Positions 40,952-49,249 of a stretch of DNA of 64,000 nt are shown piece after piece (position 1 is the first letter of the stretch; each line of letters begins with the position of its first letter). Below the pieces are notes generated by a model. That model was not told where the DNA came from and made no database searches. It saw only the letters and a list, made by a program, of their open reading frames with translations. This stretch comes from an uncultured Pseudohongiella sp. (lineage in GTDB: Bacteria; Pseudomonadota; Gammaproteobacteria; Pseudomonadales; Pseudohongiellaceae). The stretch covers positions 3,573,704 through 3,637,703 of the forward strand of contig OZ253535.1 in assembly GCA_965262465.1 (NCBI GenBank), read 5' to 3'. Made by a program: the position numbers and the translations under genes.

Positions 40952-42148
40952 ATGCATCGATTTAAAGTGTTAATAGTGAGCGTATTAGGCTTGGTCCTGG
41001 TGGCATGCCAGTCTAGCCAAAGCAGCACTAGTAGCAGCATGCCGATGCCTCCATCTGCATCTTCCAGCAGCAGTTCCAGCAGTCCAAGTATGCCATCGAG
41101 CAGTAGCTCAAGCAGTTCCAGCCAGAGCAGCTCGCAATCCAGTTCTTCAAGCCAGTCTCAGTCCAGCCAATCCAGCAGTAGCTCGAGCTCCAGCTCGTCT
41201 TCACAAGGCAGCCAGTCGGCAAGTACGGGAGCATCAATTCCCACTGCAAATCTGCCAACTTCCAGCCAACAAGGACAGAGCAGCAGTCAGGCATCAAGCA
41301 GTCAATCGGGCCAGCAGCCCGGCGGACAAGATAGCCGCAGCAGCTCAATTCCTGGAGATCAGCAGCAAGGTGGGGGACAGTCGTCATCCACCACAAGTGG
41401 CCAGGAACCGGGCCAGGCAGCAGGAACCGAGTCTCGATCACCTGGCGAACAGGGAAATGGAGGCCAAAGTGGGAGAGATGGCTCCACTGGAGACCTAAAT
41501 AGTGGTCAAAGTGGGAGTCAGGGCCAATCTGGCGGCGTTTTAGGGCGGCCAAGTGGGAATTACAGCCTGGAAAACTTGCCTGGCGGCAGCCAAAGTGGGA
41601 CAGATAGCCAGCAAACTGCTGGTGGCGGTGGCCAGCAACAGCAGAGTCCAGGAGGATCTGATGGTCGGCAACAAGTCCCTGGTGGGTCAAGTGGTCAATC
41701 CACTGCCAGCACGGGAGGCGCATCAACTGCCGCAGAACGTGCAGCTATTTTGGATGAACGGTTACGCCGCGGATATGAAACATTTGATGGCTTTATATTG
41801 AGTGAACGTGAGCGTGCTCAAAATGAAAGCAATGCCGCGGGCAGTGTTGCCATCGGCGGTGATGCTGGCGGCGGTGGCGGCGGTCAAAACCAACCACAAA
41901 CTATGGAAGAAGCAAGCTCGTCTACTCCGACTTCTGGAGTGGTTGCGGCCACTGCGAATTCAATGCCTTCTTCCAGTCAGGAAGAAGTTGAAACCTTCCC
42001 TCCACCTGATGACATTCCAAGTGGACGGGATGACGATGTAGTTGCGCGGCAGATTCGAGAAGCCGCGATGACAGAACCAGACCCAGAATTGCGCGAAGCA
42101 CTTTGGGAACAATACAGAGTTTACACAGGTATTGGTGACGAACAATGA
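40952..42148 (+). CDS. extremely Ser/Gln/Gly-rich lipoprotein with an ordinary-composition C-terminal domain
   Basis: Signal and lipobox MHRFKVLIVSVLGLVLVAC. About 250 aa are low complexity (poly-Ser, then SGQ/GGQ-rich). The C-terminal part AAERAAILDERLRRGYETFDGFILSERERAQ ... DDVVARQIREAAMTEPDPELREALWEQYRVYTGI has normal composition. ATG 40952 was chosen over the GTG at 40937. Confidence 0.6.
   Translation: MHRFKVLIVSVLGLVLVACQSSQSSTSSSMPMPPSASSSSSSSSPSMPSSSSSSSSSQSSSQSSSSSQSQSSQSSSSSSSSSSSQGSQSASTGASIPTANLPTSSQQGQSSSQASSSQSGQQPGGQDSRSSSIPGDQQQGGGQSSSTTSGQEPGQAAGTESRSPGEQGNGGQSGRDGSTGDLNSGQSGSQGQSGGVLGRPSGNYSLENLPGGSQSGTDSQQTAGGGGQQQQSPGGSDGRQQVPGGSSGQSTASTGGASTAAERAAILDERLRRGYETFDGFILSERERAQNESNAAGSVAIGGDAGGGGGGQNQPQTMEEASSSTPTSGVVAATANSMPSSSQEEVETFPPPDDIPSGRDDDVVARQIREAAMTEPDPELREALWEQYRVYTGIGDEQ
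41015..41215 (+). repeat. low-complexity Ser-codon tract (AGC/AGT/TCN) inside the lipoprotein gene
   Basis: Encodes SSTSSSMPMPPSASSSSSSSSPSMPSSSSSSSSSQSSSQSSSSSQSQSSQSSSSSSSSSSSQGSQS. Lower-grade Q/G/S-rich sequence continues to about 41720. Confidence 0.85.
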
Positions 42149-43329
42149 GAATGCCTTTGAAGCAGTTTTTTGGAATTTTACTGTTGGCGTTGTTTACCAC
42201 GGCATGCGCCACTCACACCGTTAAGACCACTTCGTACACACCCGTTGTGCAAAACAGTCAGGACGTTCCTGAAGATTTGCTTTTAGACGTGGGCGTATCG
42301 ATTTTTGATCCAGGTCTCGATGAGTTGGATGACGATCAAGAAGAAGTGACTAATGGGCAGATCCGAGTAGCGGAAGCACGTTATGCGCCTTATTTGCTGT
42401 CGGAGACTTTGCAGCGTTCTGCCAATTGGGGAATCGTGCGTTTAATGCCGAATGCGAGTAGCCCGATGGATGTGCTCGTTACAGGTACGATCTTAGAGTC
42501 CAATGGCGAATCAATGGCGGTACGAGTCGAAGTGAAAGACTCGAGAGGACAGCTCTGGTTCACCAAGGAATATCAAGAAGTCATTAGCCAGTTTAGCTAC
42601 GACGCACAACAGCGGCAGAAAAGCGATCCGTTCCAAGTAATCTACAACAAGATCGCTAACGATTTGTTGGCGTATCGAGAATCAAATCTCGATAGCCAAG
42701 ACATTCGAGAAATTCGCACCGTATCTGAAATGTTGTTTGCACAACGTTTTTCAGAAGCAGCGTTTTCTGACTATCTGCAAGTTGACCGCGACGGCAACTA
42801 TCAACTGGCCGCACTGCCTGCAGAAAATGATCCTTTATTAAATCGAATTCAAGACATTCGTGAACGTGACTTCATGTTCATCGATACAGTGCAGGATTAC
42901 TACGCAACTTATGTTCGGCAGATGCGTTTGCCTTACGATTCTTGGCGCGAACAGAGTTATCACGAAACCATTACTCTTAGAGAGTTAGAAGCGTCAGCAC
43001 GACGTCGTTTTATCGCCGGTACGGCAGCTGTAATTGGCGGCCTGGCTGCTGCTACACAGGGTGGTACATACGGTGCACAAGCGAGTGGTGCAGTTGGTGT
43101 AGGAGCAGGCGCGTATCTCATCAAGAGTGGATTCGATCGACAAGCAGAAGCGCGAATGCATATGGAGGCTCTGGAAGAGCTTGGCCAATCATTAGAAAAC
43201 GCTGTTGCTCCGCAAGTGATTACTCTCGACGATAGAACAATCACACTGTCTGGTTCAGTTGAAGAACAGTACGACCAGTGGCGTGAAATTCTGGCAGACC
43301 TCTATGCCGAAGAATTAGGTCAGTTGTAA
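42145..43329 (+). CDS. lipoprotein of unknown function with a Gly-zipper hydrophobic segment
   Basis: Lipobox LALFTTAC. ATGA overlap with the upstream stop. Late hydrophobic Gly-rich segment FIAGTAAVIGGLAAATQGGTYGAQASGAVGVGAGAYLI. Confidence 0.6.
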   Translation: MRMPLKQFFGILLLALFTTACATHTVKTTSYTPVVQNSQDVPEDLLLDVGVSIFDPGLDELDDDQEEVTNGQIRVAEARYAPYLLSETLQRSANWGIVRLMPNASSPMDVLVTGTILESNGESMAVRVEVKDSRGQLWFTKEYQEVISQFSYDAQQRQKSDPFQVIYNKIANDLLAYRESNLDSQDIREIRTVSEMLFAQRFSEAAFSDYLQVDRDGNYQLAALPAENDPLLNRIQDIRERDFMFIDTVQDYYATYVRQMRLPYDSWREQSYHETITLRELEASARRRFIAGTAAVIGGLAAATQGGTYGAQASGAVGVGAGAYLIKSGFDRQAEARMHMEALEELGQSLENAVAPQVITLDDRTITLSGSVEEQYDQWREILADLYAEELGQL

Positions 43330-43387
43330 CGATTTAATTAAAGGCTGAGAAATCGGCAAGTGATGGACACAGCCGGTAGACCTGCAC

Positions 43388-44935
43388 ATGTCAGAGAACG
43401 AACTCAACAATACAGATCAATCTGCTCTGGGTAATGCTGACCAATTAAGTGAAGCAGAGCGCATTGCGCAACAAATAGCGCCTCCCAAAAGTCAGAAACC
43501 TTCTCCCATAATGTGGTTAGGCCTCGGCGGTCTGTTGATCGTCGCGTTGCTGGTAATTTTCGTTCTGCCTTCCTTAGTCACCGAGTATGAATTACCGCTT
43601 GAGCGCCGCACGGAAGTTGCTAACACCGTGGTTCCCGCTACAACGGCTGAGCCAGAAGTCACAATATCTCCTTTCGAAGAAGCGCAGCGAGCCCTGCAGC
43701 GCAAAGATGCACAAGATACCTTGGCTGAATTGTTGGACCTGCAGTCAGAACTCGATCTGCTCGAAGTTAGTCAGTGGGGACAAGAAGCGTACGATGCGGC
43801 TTTGCAAGAAGCTTCTATTGGTGATGAGTACTACCGTACCCAAGATTTTCTCTTAGCTACAGAGTCTTATGCGAGAGGCAGAGATGGGCTTACGGAATTA
43901 GTCGAGTCAACGCCCGAAGTACTTGCGAGAATTTTGATTGATGCACAAAACGCCTTGAGTGCCGCTGATTCCGATTTAGCACAAGACCGTTTCTCACTGG
44001 CTCTAGTACTTGACTCAAACAATGAAACTGCACAAATCGGTTTGGAACGAGCCCAAGCGTTGGATGAAGTGACCCGCTTAATGGCAGAGGCGGACGATCT
44101 ATTTGAAGACGGTGAATTGGAAGCTGCGAGAGAGTTGTATGATCAGATTATTCAACTCGACGGCTACAACGAAGCAGCACCAGAAAAGATTGCAGCGGTT
44201 GATGCACAACTTAGAGAAAACGAATTTTCTCGCATCATGTCCGAAGGCTTCGCATTACTTGAAGCAGATGATCCTGAACAAGCTATCGCAACATTTCAAC
44301 GCGCAGCAAATCTGGGAATTAATCAAGACCAGGCACAAGCTGCTATTGTGCAAACCGAAACACAGGTTGCCAATTCACAAATCAATGCACTACGCGCGCA
44401 AATCGATTCTGCTGAAGCAAGTGAAATGTGGGCAGATGCGGTAACCGCCTATGACGGTGTGCTGGCGATTGATCCGAATCTCACGTTTGCATTGGAAGGT
44501 AGAGTCAATGCAAACCAACGCGCCAATTTAGATGCCTTCTTGGTTAACGCCATTACCAACCCAGAGCGGTTCGGAGAAGACGATGTGTTTGAAGAAACGC
44601 GGGGTTACTACTTCGTTGCGCGTGATCTTCCTGACCCAGGTCCTCGATTGGAATCGCAGCTCGATGAGTTAGAACAACTTCTGATTGATTCTCAAATTCC
44701 AATTGAAGTGAGTTTAACTTCAGACAATCTCACTGATGTGACCTTGTTGCGAATAGGAAACATAGGTCCGTTTGAACAGCACACTTTATCTCTCAAGCCC
44801 GGACGCTATGTTGCAGTAGGAAAACGAGCAGGCTTTCGCGATGTAAGAGAAGAGTTTGTAGTGGGGTTTGGACAAACTCCTGATGCAGTAGTTGTTCGAT
44901 GCACTGAGCGCGTGGTCGGCGCAAGCGGACGATAA
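43388..44935 (+). CDS. bitopic membrane protein with a periplasmic TPR-like repeat region
   Basis: One TM segment (IMWLGLGGLLIVALLVIFVLPSLV), then repeated A/L/E/Q-rich helical pairs (e.g. FEDGELEAARELYDQIIQLDGYNEAA, EADDPEQAIATFQRAANLGINQDQA, EMWADAVTAYDGVLAIDPNLTFA). Confidence 0.6.
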   Translation: MSENELNNTDQSALGNADQLSEAERIAQQIAPPKSQKPSPIMWLGLGGLLIVALLVIFVLPSLVTEYELPLERRTEVANTVVPATTAEPEVTISPFEEAQRALQRKDAQDTLAELLDLQSELDLLEVSQWGQEAYDAALQEASIGDEYYRTQDFLLATESYARGRDGLTELVESTPEVLARILIDAQNALSAADSDLAQDRFSLALVLDSNNETAQIGLERAQALDEVTRLMAEADDLFEDGELEAARELYDQIIQLDGYNEAAPEKIAAVDAQLRENEFSRIMSEGFALLEADDPEQAIATFQRAANLGINQDQAQAAIVQTETQVANSQINALRAQIDSAEASEMWADAVTAYDGVLAIDPNLTFALEGRVNANQRANLDAFLVNAITNPERFGEDDVFEETRGYYFVARDLPDPGPRLESQLDELEQLLIDSQIPIEVSLTSDNLTDVTLLRIGNIGPFEQHTLSLKPGRYVAVGKRAGFRDVREEFVVGFGQTPDAVVVRCTERVVGASGR

Positions 44936-47012
44936 AGCTGTGACAAACTCAGATCACAACTCAACAGATAATGGGGCACTTGACCCCATAGTTCCGATTG
45001 ACTTCACGCCACATGAAGTCAAAGCGAAAAAATTCACTTATCAGTTCCATTGGTTTCACGCAGTGGTTGCAGTCTTTGTACTGCTGTCATCTGTGTCGGG
45101 CTGGTTCGTACTGACGGCGAAATCAGTTTTTGTAGAAGTAGATCCAATCACCGCGTCGATAGAAATTGAGGGTGGGCTGAATTTTCGCTTGGGTCAGCGT
45201 TACCTGATACGTGCAGGCTCATACGAGATCACGCTGCGCAACGAGGGCTATCACGACAGCGTCACTAGCCTCATAGTGGGTTCCGATGCTGCGCAGACTC
45301 ATCCGTTTACCATGAGAAAATTGCCTGGATTGGTAAGCATCAACACCATCGCCATGACCGGCGCTCGTGTGCAAATCGATGGCGTGGATATTGGTGAGAC
45401 ACCACTGGTAGATGTGCCAGTCGAACCCGGAGAGCGCCAGCTCACAATCAGTAATGATCGTTATCTGGACTATGGCACCACCATAGAAATAGAAGGTCGT
45501 TCAGTTCCCCAAACTTTCGAAGCAACCTTAGAACCCGCTTGGGCAACCTTGTCGTTTACCACTTCCCCGGCTGGCGCTGACATCATCGTCGACGGTGAGA
45601 CTGTCGGCCAGACTCCGTTTAATGCAGAAATTCTGCAAGGTGAGCGGGATGTCACATTGAAGCTTGCTGGCCATAAAGCATGGCAGGAAGAGTTTGATGT
45701 CATTGCCGGCGAAGATTTTGTGGTTCCCTCAATCAACCTGGAACCGGCCGATGGCTTGGTGTTTATTCAGAGCAATCCTTCAGCTGCCAATGTCACGATA
45801 GGTGGAGAATTTCAGGGCCTAACACCACTTGAAGTAGCGTTAGCTCCGGACCAGAACCATGAACTGACCTTCTTCAAAAACGGCTATGAAATGACTCGCA
45901 GCACAGTGCGGACTGCCCCCAATGAAGAAAAGTCTGTTGTTGTTTCTCTGAGTCCGGTTACTGCCAGTGTGCAGATCGTGAGTGAGCCGGCAGATGCTGA
46001 GCTCTACATAAATGGAGAATTGTTGGGCTTGGCGAATCAGACTGTGGAGTTGATGGCGGTCAGTCAACAAATCGAGATTCGTAAAGAAGGTTACGTCCCT
46101 TATAACACCGAGTTCACATCCCGCCCCGGTTTGGATCAGGTCATACGAGTTACGTTAAAGTCGCTAGAGCAAGCGCGCCTGGAACAGATACAACCGGTGA
46201 TCACTACCGTTGCAGGGCAGTCATTGAAATTGTTCTATCCAGGTGACTTCACCATGGGCGCATCGCGCAGAGAAGCTGGCCGACGTCCGAATGAAGCGCT
46301 ACGAGATATTAAGCTGGAACGACCGTTCTATATTGGTTACCAAGAGGTCACAAACGCACAATATCGATTGTTCGATGGAGAGCATAACTCCGGCACCATA
46401 CAAGGGCTTACTCTTAACAACGAATCACAGCCCGTCGTTCGCGTAACCTGGGATCAGGCTGCTCTGTACTGTAATTGGTTAAGTGAACAGGAAGGGCTAC
46501 CGGTCTTTTATCAAGTCGAAGGCGAGGAAGTAGTTGGTTTTAATCCTGAGTCAACTGGCTATCGCCTACCTACCGAAGCGGAATGGGCTTGGATCGCTCG
46601 AACCGATGGCACTGGCAACACCTTAAAGTACCCTTGGGGTACTCAACTTCCACCACCGGAAAACGCCGGCAATTTTGGTGATGTAACAGCACAAGCCTAT
46701 CTAGGCGAAGTGATGTTTGACTACAACGATGGTTATTTCGCCACTGCACCCGTTGGATCTTTTGCTGCTAACCACTATGACATTTTTGACATGGCAGGTA
46801 ATGCATCAGAGTGGGTACACGACTATTACGGTTCTGCAGGAAGTCTCGGTGTAGAGATAGATCCGTTAGGACCGGAACTTGGACAATTTCATACCATCCG
46901 TGGCTCGAGTTGGGCGCATGGTGCGATAACAGAAATGCGATTGTCATTTCGTGATTTTGGTGTAGAGCCAAGGGATGACGTTGGCTTTCGCGTTGCAAGA
47001 TATCTCGAATAA
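44892..47012 (+). CDS. membrane-anchored protein with 5 PEGA-like repeats and a C-terminal FGE-sulfatase (SUMF1/GldK-like) fold domain
   Basis: TM segment FHAVVAVFVLLSSVSGWFVLTA. Five repeats of the type TLSFTTSPAGADIIVDGETVGQTPF...L..G...V.L...G. C-terminal FTMGASRRE...RPFYIGYQEVTNAQYRLF...RLPTEAEWAW...GNASEWVHD...IRGSSWAH. The start is either TTG 44892 (overlapping upstream) or GTG 44940. Confidence 0.8.
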   Translation: MFDALSAWSAQADDKAVTNSDHNSTDNGALDPIVPIDFTPHEVKAKKFTYQFHWFHAVVAVFVLLSSVSGWFVLTAKSVFVEVDPITASIEIEGGLNFRLGQRYLIRAGSYEITLRNEGYHDSVTSLIVGSDAAQTHPFTMRKLPGLVSINTIAMTGARVQIDGVDIGETPLVDVPVEPGERQLTISNDRYLDYGTTIEIEGRSVPQTFEATLEPAWATLSFTTSPAGADIIVDGETVGQTPFNAEILQGERDVTLKLAGHKAWQEEFDVIAGEDFVVPSINLEPADGLVFIQSNPSAANVTIGGEFQGLTPLEVALAPDQNHELTFFKNGYEMTRSTVRTAPNEEKSVVVSLSPVTASVQIVSEPADAELYINGELLGLANQTVELMAVSQQIEIRKEGYVPYNTEFTSRPGLDQVIRVTLKSLEQARLEQIQPVITTVAGQSLKLFYPGDFTMGASRREAGRRPNEALRDIKLERPFYIGYQEVTNAQYRLFDGEHNSGTIQGLTLNNESQPVVRVTWDQAALYCNWLSEQEGLPVFYQVEGEEVVGFNPESTGYRLPTEAEWAWIARTDGTGNTLKYPWGTQLPPPENAGNFGDVTAQAYLGEVMFDYNDGYFATAPVGSFAANHYDIFDMAGNASEWVHDYYGSAGSLGVEIDPLGPELGQFHTIRGSSWAHGAITEMRLSFRDFGVEPRDDVGFRVARYLE

Positions 47013-47056
47013 CGATCTTGCATTTGAATTGAATACGGACGAATAGGAAATCAGTA

Positions 47057-47881
47057 ATGAAGCAAGGCTCGCTTTACGAAACATTTTTCCAACTAGTAGC
47101 ACTGATCTTTTGTGTGATCATTGTGCATGCAACCTATGTCACCGTGATCCGGCCTAATGCCGATCTCATTCAAGAGCAGCAAACACTTCTGCAGCAGCAA
47201 GATGAAAACTTTGTTCCGGAACGGTCTGTATTCATCATTCTTCGAGATTTCGAACAAGAAACATGCATCATCTTAATGTTCTGGGCTCTGTTCATTATAG
47301 GAATGAAAGCACAGCAAACACTGAAGCAACGTTCTCTATTAGACCGAACACTTATTCAAGTTAATCAGGGCATGAGTATATTGCCCGAAGACGCAAGAAA
47401 TTATGCACGTCCCGTACAAGCACTGCCGGAAAGCGAACAGGATTTCCTGTTAGCCAGGGCGATCACTGCAGGCCTGCATCGCTTTCAAAGTACGCGCAAT
47501 ATTCAGGATGTATCCAACACGGTTAAAGATACATGTGAGACTGAAGCTGACCGAATGGAAACCGAGTTATCGCTGGTGCGATACATCGCTTGGGCCATTC
47601 CTTCTATTGGGTTCTTGGGCACCGTGCGCGGTATCGGTACAGCATTGGGGCAGGCATACCAGGCAGTAAGCGGCGATATCGTGGGGGTGACAGTCAGCCT
47701 GGGCGTGGCATTTAACTCAACATTTGTTGCTCTGGTAGTGAGCATTTTTCTGATGTTCCTGTTGCACCAGCTGCAGCAGTTACAGGATAGATTAGTACTG
47801 GACTGTCAAAACTATTGTGATGAACGGCTTATTCGCCATCTCCAAGTTCCTGATTCGGAATCTGAATTAGCAACCACGTGA
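47057..47881 (+). CDS. MotA/TolQ/ExbB-family proton channel protein
   Basis: 274 aa with two N-terminal TM segments, a cytoplasmic loop, then the family signature YIAWAIPSIGFLGTVRGIGTALGQA and a final TM segment VSLGVAFNSTFVALVVSIFLMFLL. Confidence 0.8.
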   Translation: MKQGSLYETFFQLVALIFCVIIVHATYVTVIRPNADLIQEQQTLLQQQDENFVPERSVFIILRDFEQETCIILMFWALFIIGMKAQQTLKQRSLLDRTLIQVNQGMSILPEDARNYARPVQALPESEQDFLLARAITAGLHRFQSTRNIQDVSNTVKDTCETEADRMETELSLVRYIAWAIPSIGFLGTVRGIGTALGQAYQAVSGDIVGVTVSLGVAFNSTFVALVVSIFLMFLLHQLQQLQDRLVLDCQNYCDERLIRHLQVPDSESELATT

Positions 47882-47905
47882 GACGGCTAAGGCGAGAGAA
47901 ACCGC

Positions 47906-49249
47906 ATGAGCTTTAAAGTCATCGAGCTAAACGACAAAGCCATTAGTGTTGGCGATGAAACGGGAGTGATTATTCGCAGTCCCGGCTTTGCTTTGGCAGA
48001 TGGAAGCGAAGTGCTACTCGGTGAACAAGCGGAAAAACAGGCGCGGTTAAAGCCAACCAATAGTTACAACAAATATTGGCAAGAACTTAATCTCGATCCC
48101 ATCGAGCATGGCAATAACTTTCGCCACCATGCCGATATCGCGTTTGCCCATCTGCAACACCTGGCCGAAGAGGCTGATGTGGGTGCTGATGTAGTAATTG
48201 CAGTACCAGGCAGTTTTTCTCGACAACAACTTTCAATACTTCTCGGACTTTCCCAGCACAGCCCATTCAATATCAGCGGCATTGTCGATTCAGCATTGGC
48301 TGCGGCGCTTGCGTCAGCCAGAACAAGCAATGTTTTGTATGCCGATCTGCAGTTACACCAGGTAGTCATAACGAAACTCACTGCAAAAGAGAATCAACTA
48401 AGTACCAGCACGACAGTGCAGATTCCTGGAGTAGGTAGTCAGAATTTCACTGACCTGGTCATGCAGTTGGCTACGGGTATGTTCATTCAGCAATGTCGCT
48501 TTAATCCGCAACATGACGCTGAATCCGAACAGCAACTTTATAACGAACTTCCGCAGTGGCTTGCGCAAGCGCAACAAGACGGCAATCTAATTCTAGAGTT
48601 AAACGCCGGCGATACGATTCATACGGCAAAAATGCCAATGGATAGTTTGGTAAATAGCCTCAATGGTCATTACAAGACTATCAACAAACAACTTGCTGCG
48701 ATGGCGACAGATCATGATACTCAGTTAGTCGTCAGCAGTTCACTCGCTGAGTTACCTGGTTTTAATGCCAGCCTTCCTGCGTCACTGGACTTGATCATTA
48801 TTGATGACAATGCCGTGAATGAAACTTGTCTTGAGTATCGCGAGTTAATCACTGCGACGGATCAGGGCATAAGTTTGGTAAGTGCATTACCACTTCCAGA
48901 GGGTGGAACTACACCAAACCACAGTGCTGACCAAAAGACTGTAGCGCCTACTCATGTTTTACATGGTAGCCAGGCATTGCCGGTGAACAAGATCAGTATT
49001 GAGAACCACCAAACTATCAACGGCCATAGTGAAGCTGTAAATGTTCTCGCGTTATCGATTGCAGACCTGCCAGAAAATCTTGGCAACATCGCTAAGGAAA
49101 ATGATGGCGTCTATTTTGATAGTGGAGAACTTTCTTATCTACTTAATGGCGTTGCAACAAGCGGTGCGCGCAAGCTCGCCGTAGGCGACCGAATTCAGTT
49201 TAGTGGCAGTAACGATGTGTTGACCTTGATAAGGGTGCGCGATGTCTAG
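47906..49249 (+). CDS. divergent Hsp70/actin-fold protein with degenerate nucleotide-binding motifs
   Basis: VLLGEQAEKQARLKPTNSY, VVIAVPGSFSRQQLSILLGLSQHSPFNISGIVDSALAAALA and GSQNFTDLVMQLATGMFIQQ align with DnaK [61 protein letters not shown] and GGEDFDSRLINYLVEEF. Phosphate-1 (IDLGTTNS becomes IELNDKAIS) and phosphate-2 (DLGGGTFD becomes DLQLHQVV) are not conserved. Confidence 0.6.
   Translation: MSFKVIELNDKAISVGDETGVIIRSPGFALADGSEVLLGEQAEKQARLKPTNSYNKYWQELNLDPIEHGNNFRHHADIAFAHLQHLAEEADVGADVVIAVPGSFSRQQLSILLGLSQHSPFNISGIVDSALAAALASARTSNVLYADLQLHQVVITKLTAKENQLSTSTTVQIPGVGSQNFTDLVMQLATGMFIQQCRFNPQHDAESEQQLYNELPQWLAQAQQDGNLILELNAGDTIHTAKMPMDSLVNSLNGHYKTINKQLAAMATDHDTQLVVSSSLAELPGFNASLPASLDLIIIDDNAVNETCLEYRELITATDQGISLVSALPLPEGGTTPNHSADQKTVAPTHVLHGSQALPVNKISIENHQTINGHSEAVNVLALSIADLPENLGNIAKENDGVYFDSGELSYLLNGVATSGARKLAVGDRIQFSGSNDVLTLIRVRDV

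Noticed and set aside
41028-42212. Long antisense and alternative-frame ORFs in the track (41028-41726 minus, 232 aa; 41553-41801; 41802-42041; 41922-42212 minus; 41960-42145 minus).
   Set aside because: They lie entirely inside the low-complexity Ser/Gln/Gly-rich lipoprotein gene. Repetitive AGC/CAG-type codons keep other frames open. Their translations are Cys/Trp/Leu-rich with no signal, motif or sensible start context.
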